From a virus (Duplodnaviria; Caudoviricetes), in IMG/VR virus record IMGVR_UViG_3300031999_000006, positions 32,622 to 96,621 of that record: DNA of 64,000 nucleotides; one strand, given 5' to 3'. The position numbers and the translations under genes were made by a program. Numbering within the stretch: position 1 is the stretch's first letter; each line of letters opens with the position of its first letter. This document shows, piece by piece, positions 57,380 through 64,000 of this stretch. The notes under the pieces are model-generated. The model was not told the DNA's origin, did no database searches, and saw nothing but the letters and a program-made list of their open reading frames with translations.

Positions 57380-59949
57380 TATGGTAAAATTCCTCCGTAG
57401 CATTTTTGACAGCTATCACATTTTTGACAGCTATCACAATGCATACAAGTAGTACACTCACCAGTGACACACTGTTGACAAGTTACACAAATTCCACACT
57501 GACCACCTTGACAAGCATCACATGACTGACATGTGTTACAAATCTGACAAGTGGTACATTGTCCCGAGACACACGCCTGGCAGTAATAGCAGGTTTGACA
57601 AGTCGCACATTGACCAGAGACACAAAGTTGGCAGGCATAACAACTTGTACAAGCACCAGACTGCACCGTATTACAAACTTGGCAGTGATAACACACCTCA
57701 CAAAACCCACCGCCCGACGATTGTAAATCTTCCCAAGCAATGACTCCAACCTTTCCTGACTGCATGGACTTTTTAAGGTCTAGCAATCTGTACGGTTCGG
57801 AAGCCAGAACGGAGTAAACTGTCCCATCGGAAAGCAATCGTGTCTTTGTGATGATCACCTTACTCCCGGGGAAAGAAGAAAACATTTTAGAGGGAAGTAT
57901 ACCAGTAACCTTTTTCAAAGGATCTTGTAAAACGCCGACGTAATAAGCCCCCAACTCCTCGGCATCGGCCTGCAATCGAAGTGAGGTGGTTAAGGGAAGT
58001 GTTAGCTCGTTTCCATGCTTCCACTCAGTCTTTGCCGAAACAATCTCAACACTAGAGTAATGATTCTCACTAGGTAGAAGACCATAATTAATCTGGATTG
58101 TTTTGTAGACACCTTCAGTATCAAACTCCAAACCAAAGTCCTCAATCTCCTCATCAACAACTACTGGAGTATTACTATCCGTTCCTTCATAATATCGAAA
58201 CGCGCCTAGTTGCCCGTTAAGTAAAGGGGACAAGTGGAAGAGGGCGGACACCTGAAGAGTACGAACGCTCTCTAGTGCGGGGGATGACGTACTTAGATAA
58301 AGATGATGCTTTTGTGAACGTCCGGATTGTAGATCAAGAAAGGACTTTAACTCAATGTAACTGAACTCAACTCCAGCATAGGTGGTCAAGAGATCGAATA
58401 AGATATCGGCAACGTTCTCGGAGTAGGCGCCATCAAGTATTCCGCACTTCCGGCCCTTAACATGGGCCACAACAAAGGCCTGACCAGGGTCGGCCACGAG
58501 AGAGAACTCACCATTGGCAAGGTCAACTGAGTAGTCAGCCGGGGTGGCCAGTAGTTGACCATTCTTCCAAACATTCACGATCGCCTCAAGTTCGTGGCAG
58601 GCCAACTTGAATGTGTAGGGATCTTTCCCACCGACTATTCCAGAGGAGGCATTAATACAAGTGGCAACCACTTCCTCAAACTCACCATAGATAATCGGTA
58701 TAGGAGTACCTTCAGCACCATCCTCAAGTTCGGAATAGTTATCTACCTCATAGGTTGTTAGAGGAACGTTCTTATATGTGAACGCCTTATGGTCAATTAC
58801 GTCAACTGAAACTATAAGATCACTAGCCTTTGGATATCTAGCCAAACCATGGAAGACATCTTCATATTGATCATAAGTGAAGTCCTTGGCACCGAATCGT
58901 ATTACCACATCCTTTAGATTCCAATAATACTTCTGCACCTGCTCATACCACCAACCATCGTTCAAGAATTGAAGTGAACCAAACTCCATCGTCATCGCGC
59001 TCTCGTGAAAGGGAGAAACCGACTGGTGAAGTTCAGGCATTCCTGCGGTAGTGATATAAGGAAGATAAGGATTCTGTTCCCGTTCAATGATCAAGCTTGC
59101 CTTGTCGAAGTAACAGGATGCTGAAGCAGACGAGTCACTCTTAAAGGTTATAATGTAATCTATGTACGAGGCATTGGCAACAAAGGTCAAAGTGTGGGTG
59201 GTCCACTCTGTCTGGTTACTGAGTGCAATCTGATCTGGTGAAGCACCCCAAGATCCATCACTGGCCAAGTAGACATTATCTGCTGAATCTTTGATCTCAA
59301 TAGCTGAAGTTGCCGAACCGGTATGCTTGTATCGAACGATCACCTTACAAGTTGCATCAGGAACCAATCGGATATGTTGGTGTACTGAGGCCTCATTGTT
59401 CCCAGCATCAATGTCCAACCGAACGCAAAAAGCACCATCGTCAGCCTCAGTCTGCTCCCGATTGACAGTAGAGGTACCAGCTTCACCTTTCGTCCAGTTC
59501 ACTGGTGTAGTCGCGTCACTCCAACGCTCATAGCTACCATCAATCAGCGCGGAACCTATTCTGGGAAGGACGATTAAAGCATCACCATACTGAGTGTTGG
59601 CGAAGTATCTCCAGAAGTAGGCCAAGACAACATAGTCATATAATGGAGGTGCTGTCTGGGTTCCAGGATCATCAGTATCAGTCGTATGCAGATAAAGTTT
59701 TTGGTTAGCCAAGTCATAATAAAAATACTCGGCGTTGTCGTCTGCCTCCTGAAGGGAGTAGGCTTCGGTATACTCAACTCCGTCTTGGGTTACTCGAGAG
59801 ACCACACCGTCTGTATATGAAGACCACCAAAGATTTGTATAGACACCATCCTGCTCCCAAGCCAAGGACTCAACTTCGTGACACGGTTCGATCTCAGCGA
59901 GAAAGACCTTCCACGAATCAGTCTTGGCAATCAATTGCTGGAAGTTCAC
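57379..59949 (-). CDS. Tail tip/hub-like protein with carbohydrate-binding-like insert and C-terminal 30-Cys repeat
   Basis: Follows TMP and the distal-tail-like gene; GTPIPIIYG motif; insert beginning LIDGSYERW; last 107 aa are CxxC repeats. Confidence 0.75.
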   Translation of the reverse strand: MNFQQLIAKTDSWKVFLAEIEPCHEVESLAWEQDGVYTNLWWSSYTDGVVSRVTQDGVEYTEAYSLQEADDNAEYFYYDLANQKLYLHTTDTDDPGTQTAPPLYDYVVLAYFWRYFANTQYGDALIVLPRIGSALIDGSYERWSDATTPVNWTKGEAGTSTVNREQTEADDGAFCVRLDIDAGNNEASVHQHIRLVPDATCKVIVRYKHTGSATSAIEIKDSADNVYLASDGSWGASPDQIALSNQTEWTTHTLTFVANASYIDYIITFKSDSSASASCYFDKASLIIEREQNPYLPYITTAGMPELHQSVSPFHESAMTMEFGSLQFLNDGWWYEQVQKYYWNLKDVVIRFGAKDFTYDQYEDVFHGLARYPKASDLIVSVDVIDHKAFTYKNVPLTTYEVDNYSELEDGAEGTPIPIIYGEFEEVVATCINASSGIVGGKDPYTFKLACHELEAIVNVWKNGQLLATPADYSVDLANGEFSLVADPGQAFVVAHVKGRKCGILDGAYSENVADILFDLLTTYAGVEFSYIELKSFLDLQSGRSQKHHLYLSTSSPALESVRTLQVSALFHLSPLLNGQLGAFRYYEGTDSNTPVVVDEEIEDFGLEFDTEGVYKTIQINYGLLPSENHYSSVEIVSAKTEWKHGNELTLPLTTSLRLQADAEELGAYYVGVLQDPLKKVTGILPSKMFSSFPGSKVIITKTRLLSDGTVYSVLASEPYRLLDLKKSMQSGKVGVIAWEDLQSSGGGFCEVCYHCQVCNTVQSGACTSCYACQLCVSGQCATCQTCYYCQACVSGQCTTCQICNTCQSCDACQGGQCGICVTCQQCVTGECTTCMHCDSCQKCDSCQKCYGGILP

Positions 59950-60713
59950 TATCTTAACTCCTCAATGGAACACACCGCATTGAAGTATGCCTCTCCGAAG
60001 ACATGATCAATCGTAGGTTTGGATGAAAACCGGACATACCAGGTCGTGGTGGAAGGGAGATCCCGGTCTCTGGTGAAAAAGAATTCTCGTCCGATACCAC
60101 GATCTAGAAACATCGCATCAAAGTTATCAGCATCAACAGCGGGTAGATTTTCAAACTTCATATCCATAGTGCGGTAGCGAGTTTTCTGATTAGTAACAAT
60201 CTGCCCACCAGAAGAAAACATCACATCTGACGGATCCTCGGTCGACTTTTTATAATCAATGGACATATTGATTGACGGACTGAGGTAGGGACCAAGGAAG
60301 ATCCGTCCGATCTCCAGATAAGCCGCCACCGGTGCAGTGTCAACAATCAATACTCGCCAGTATTGATAGGGAGTTTGAGGTGCCAACCAAAAGTAGGCCA
60401 TGAGTTCCGCAACTGGTACCTCAACATCAATGTACAAATTCCCGAAAGCAGGATCATCATCGGCTTGAATACTAACCACCGCCGAAGGTGAGAAATTATG
60501 CTTTTTTATAGCGAAGGCTTGTATCGCTGGAGGAGAGGCACCAAAGTCGGCTACAATGGACTCCGTCAATGTCCCGGTATTGTTGATGCTTCGCCAGGTT
60601 CTTGTATGCCACCGGTGCTGGGTATTGATCGCTGGGAAGAGGGGGTTCTCCGTACTAGGAGTCAGCGTGGCGAGATCCCACTTGTTACTATACATAAATG
60701 TGCAGTTGGTCAT
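59949..60713 (-). CDS. Distal/minor tail protein
   Basis: Directly after TMP; YQYWRVLI...YLEIGRIFLG. Confidence 0.65.
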   Translation of the reverse strand: MTNCTFMYSNKWDLATLTPSTENPLFPAINTQHRWHTRTWRSINNTGTLTESIVADFGASPPAIQAFAIKKHNFSPSAVVSIQADDDPAFGNLYIDVEVPVAELMAYFWLAPQTPYQYWRVLIVDTAPVAAYLEIGRIFLGPYLSPSINMSIDYKKSTEDPSDVMFSSGGQIVTNQKTRYRTMDMKFENLPAVDADNFDAMFLDRGIGREFFFTRDRDLPSTTTWYVRFSSKPTIDHVFGEAYFNAVCSIEELR

Positions 60714-63700
60714 TATCCTCTCCCTCTAACCGCCCGAGGCCGTACCAAGATTCGTTCATCAGCACTGGCCTTTTGAACCCACTCAATCACTAACGACTGA
60801 AGATGCTTGAAAGGAATGATCACCGGTTCAAAGGTCACATTCTTTTCAATCACGGTAACTTGGGATCCATCACTCTCTACCTTGCCCGGTCTTCCGATCC
60901 TCACCGCCTCGGTCACTCCAGGTTCAACATAGAATGTTCTTGGTCCTGTTACCGTACCTTCAAACCCATGCTGGGCTCTTGTGGTCTGCCGCCCTCCCGC
61001 CTCTTGACTATCTCGCGTCTCTTCACCAATTTTTATGAGGCGGTCAGCACGACCAATAAGATCACTAAACCCTTCCGCAAGTATCGTATTAATATCCTTG
61101 CCTCTCTCTTTCCAAGTACCGGCCAACTTTGCTTGGGCAATCAGCATCTCCGTACCAGCATCAAGTTTTAGTCCATATTGTTCAGCATAATAGGCCAGAT
61201 CAGATAAGGTCGGAGAGACCATCGCCATCGCTTGTTTAGGATCAAGTCCGGCCGAGATCAGTTTATCATAATATCCAGTAGCCTGTGTAGAAAGATCCGC
61301 CAGTGATTCGGCAGTTAGGAAGCCGGTATCACCAAGTGCCTTAAGTAGTTGTCTTGTTCCTTCAAGACCCTCAAACAATCCCTCGTTCGCTTTTTGTATA
61401 TCAACCAATTTGAAAAGATCCTCAATCGCGGCTCCACCAGTGAGACCCAACTCCGTGTACTTGTCACGAAGGGCAACAAGGGAGTCCCCCATCAGAGCAA
61501 AGGTTTCAGACATACTTTTGCCTTGCTGAATAAACGAACTGAACATCGCCACAGTCAGGCGACCAACTCTCTCCAACTCTGGAGCAAGTCCAGAAGCCAG
61601 AGAAGTTTTCAGATCGTCATACTTTTTGCGCAACTCCTCCAACTGGGCCTTTTTCTGGAGGTACTCACGCTGGGCGGCCCGCTCAGAGATCTTAGACATG
61701 GACAACTTATCAACTTCTTCGCCCAAAGTCTTTATCTCATCACGATAGGTGATCAACTGCTTATAACCTGAACCGCCGACCGACTCAACCATAGACTTCA
61801 AGCCGCCCGCACCTTTCTCAAGGGCTCCAAAGACATAGTCATCCACTTCAGCAATACTTACTCCGATCTTCCTGAGATACTGCATGAAAGAGACCAATGC
61901 CTTAGATCCCTCCTTATCGAACTTTTGTGCCCAGGTGATCAAGGCGTTGAAAGCTGAACCTATTGCATCCATCCCCTTCTGTACATCAACTGTTCCGCTT
62001 GCCATATCCCGAAGTGCCTGAGTCATCTTCGTAACATAACCCTGAAGGTTCTTCATTGAGATTCCGGCGTCGTTCATCACATCAGTCAATGTCATGATCG
62101 TAGCGGTTTGTTTGTTATACTGCTTGGTTAGATCAATAATCTTTTTCGCTGTGGCCTCAGTAATGTCTCCCAAACTCTTATACGACTTGGTCACGGAGTC
62201 AACTTGCTTCTTCAGTTCCTCGGCGGCCTTTTGTTCGGCAGTTTTCTTTTTCTTGAACAACCCACCAAAGAGTCCACCAACAAGCGATCCGATCACATTA
62301 CCAACACCAGGGAGGATGGAACCGAGAGCACCACCTAACGCGGCTCCGATGCCTCCGTAAGTATTCGCTCCACCTCCACCAATCAATCCACCCAAGGCGG
62401 CGCCCAACGCACCGGCCAGTTCACCACTCAATTCCTTAAAGGCTTTCTTCAAATTCTTGAAGTCCATCTTTCCTTTACCACCCATCTCATTAAACTGTCT
62501 GGTCAAACTGGAAGCTATCTGTCCGGCAACAGAGGCGGCCGCTGTCACTAGTGGTTTCAACTTTTCGCCAGCAGTGTCACCAAAGACCTGCAAGGCAGTG
62601 CCTAAAGCTGAGAAACCTTTGATCATATCACTACTCATTCCCTTTGCGGCTTCTGCGGCCTTGTCAATGATCTTCTGATACTCCTTAGGAACCGTCAAAC
62701 CCAACTGATGATAAAGATCGGCGATCATGGTCACCGCCGTAACTTCATCCTGGTGAGTGATGTCGGCAGTTGCCTTTAGTGAACGATAGGCTTCCTCAAC
62801 TTCAACGAGTTTGTATTTATACTGAGTTGCCCTTTGTATTCCAAGTAGAGCGGCCTTCTCGTCCATAAATCCTGAAAAGTATCGAGGAGGAGGAGTGGGA
62901 TACTGAACCGCAGGACCCATCATCTGTTCCTCAGTCATAAGTCCTGGGGCCTCAAGATTCCATTTCTTTGGCGAAGGAAGCGGAGTTTCGGCCACCTTGG
63001 TCATATTGTTTAGCGTGGCAGTAAGAGTAGGATCTAATTTCTTCAACGCCTCATTGATCGCATCAATTCCTGCTTGATAGTTTGCCCAAGTGATGTTGCC
63101 GGCTTCCATTTCCTTTTTCAGATCCCAGAAGTCCTTTGTAATCTTGATGACTTCGACGGAGACTTCCGTCTTGGTCAGTATGCCGAGATTCAGGAGAGCT
63201 TGACTATTCTTTCCTAATACAGCGCCCAGTTCCCTTAGTTCTTTCTTCATACGATCGTAGTCAATCTTGGTCATCTGGTCGCCGAAGTCCGCAAGACCCT
63301 GCTTTAGTGTGTCATAACGATCCTGAACTTCTGTCTTCAGAGTGTAACCATAACCCTTCAGCATCTCACGCAAACCAGCTAGGCGATTGGTTTCGGCTTC
63401 TGCCGCAGTTGCCGCCGCCTGGGAAGACTCACTTAAGGCCTTCTTCTCTTCCACCTTTGCCTTGATCAATTTCTCAGTCCCGTTGTTAACTGCCTCTAGT
63501 GCCGCACTATATGAACCGTACTTGATCTTTAGTTGAATAGCACTCTCACCAGTATCCCGGAGTGCGGCTTTTAGATCAGTCATGGCTTTTAGTTGCTTCG
63601 TATTCTCGGCTCCGGCTCCCCAGTCACCGATCTCGAGAATCTTTTTCTTCAGACCGGTCACATCACTAAGCCATTCACCAATCTTCCAACCTGCGGCGAA

Positions 63701-64000
63701 GGCGGCTAACGCGGCGACTGCTGTGCCCAAGGCGGCAGTGATGCCACTCATCGCTCCGGCAAGGCGGGGCATGGTAGTGAGTCCAGTTTCTATCCCGGCC
63801 ATCAATAGTCTTCCGAAAGAGACCGCCTTGGAGGCAACAGTAAAGGCCAACCAGACCTTAAACAACAGAACCAACTCATCCTTGAACTTGACTATGAACT
63901 TGATCGCATCACCAATTGCCTTACCGATGCTAAGTCCAGTGGTAATTACACTCTGAGTCAATGCGTCAATTCGCTTCTTCATCTCCTCAGCAGACCCAGC
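60713..64000 (-). CDS. Tape measure protein (5' end outside the window)
   Basis: >1090 aa Ala/Gly/Lys-rich helical protein with GAALGG..G stretches; frame is open to base 64000. Confidence 0.85.
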   Translation of the reverse strand, partial: AGSAEEMKKRIDALTQSVITTGLSIGKAIGDAIKFIVKFKDELVLLFKVWLAFTVASKAVSFGRLLMAGIETGLTTMPRLAGAMSGITAALGTAVAALAAFAAGWKIGEWLSDVTGLKKKILEIGDWGAGAENTKQLKAMTDLKAALRDTGESAIQLKIKYGSYSAALEAVNNGTEKLIKAKVEEKKALSESSQAAATAAEAETNRLAGLREMLKGYGYTLKTEVQDRYDTLKQGLADFGDQMTKIDYDRMKKELRELGAVLGKNSQALLNLGILTKTEVSVEVIKITKDFWDLKKEMEAGNITWANYQAGIDAINEALKKLDPTLTATLNNMTKVAETPLPSPKKWNLEAPGLMTEEQMMGPAVQYPTPPPRYFSGFMDEKAALLGIQRATQYKYKLVEVEEAYRSLKATADITHQDEVTAVTMIADLYHQLGLTVPKEYQKIIDKAAEAAKGMSSDMIKGFSALGTALQVFGDTAGEKLKPLVTAAASVAGQIASSLTRQFNEMGGKGKMDFKNLKKAFKELSGELAGALGAALGGLIGGGGANTYGGIGAALGGALGSILPGVGNVIGSLVGGLFGGLFKKKKTAEQKAAEELKKQVDSVTKSYKSLGDITEATAKKIIDLTKQYNKQTATIMTLTDVMNDAGISMKNLQGYVTKMTQALRDMASGTVDVQKGMDAIGSAFNALITWAQKFDKEGSKALVSFMQYLRKIGVSIAEVDDYVFGALEKGAGGLKSMVESVGGSGYKQLITYRDEIKTLGEEVDKLSMSKISERAAQREYLQKKAQLEELRKKYDDLKTSLASGLAPELERVGRLTVAMFSSFIQQGKSMSETFALMGDSLVALRDKYTELGLTGGAAIEDLFKLVDIQKANEGLFEGLEGTRQLLKALGDTGFLTAESLADLSTQATGYYDKLISAGLDPKQAMAMVSPTLSDLAYYAEQYGLKLDAGTEMLIAQAKLAGTWKERGKDINTILAEGFSDLIGRADRLIKIGEETRDSQEAGGRQTTRAQHGFEGTVTGPRTFYVEPGVTEAVRIGRPGKVESDGSQVTVIEKNVTFEPVIIPFKHLQSLVIEWVQKASADERILVRPRAVRGRG

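Noticed and set aside
57377-57403. Programmed frameshift fusing the tail protein to the Cys peptide
   Set aside because: No canonical X XXY YYZ slippery site. A GGAGGA SD and TAATG overlap explain it as translational coupling.
57056-57702. Repeats as a CRISPR array or DGR template/variable pair
   Set aside because: The repeats are in-frame coding units without unique spacers. No cas gene or reverse transcriptase is in the window, and no adenine-specific mismatch pattern was evident.
57056-57702. Multiheme cytochrome c
   Set aside because: His occurs as CxxCxH (CEVCYH, CTTCMH), not CxxCH, and only rarely.
1-64000. Plus-strand ORFs in the track (e.g. 18082-18765, 51873-52427, 56246-56818)
   Set aside because: They are antisense shadows of well-supported minus-strand genes and have no motifs.
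1-64000. Stop-codon reassignment
   Set aside because: Genes are intact and densely packed under the standard code, and all three stop codons end genes.
1-64000. Prophage boundary, integrase, intron or intein
   Set aside because: No host genes or integrase were seen. The polymerase, terminase, helicases and RecA have uninterrupted, normal-length frames.

Overview
This window is a 64-kb piece of a large tailed dsDNA bacteriophage (Caudoviricetes). Essentially all credible genes are on the minus strand. In transcription order (right to left) it holds five modules. (1) Tail module: tape measure (truncated), distal-tail-like protein, a large tail-tip protein ending in a 30-Cys repeat, a free 30-Cys repeat peptide, a radical SAM/SPASM enzyme, a tail fibre and holin-like genes. 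(2) An early/accessory region (~53.5-37.2 kb) of small genes driven by four near-consensus sigma70 promoters. (3) A replication/recombination block (UvsW, DnaB, beta clamp, UDG-PolA, UvsY, gp32, RecA, 5'-3' exonuclease, ThyX, SbcCD, resolvase, primase), interleaved with a 7-deazaguanine DNA-modification pathway (QueD, PRTase-FolE fusion, Gat-QueC, a second QueC, DpdA/TGT-like, QueE) that carries an extra radical SAM, methyltransferase and SDR. (4) A sigma-like factor and a Mor-like regulator. (5) Terminase, T4 gp20-type portal and a head morphogenesis protein (truncated). The best candidate for an undescribed system is the RiPP-like radical SAM/Cys-repeat cassette built into the tail operon, where the apparent substrate repeat is fused to a virion protein. 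The expanded deazaguanine cluster is second. All family calls come from motif recognition by eye; no searches were run.
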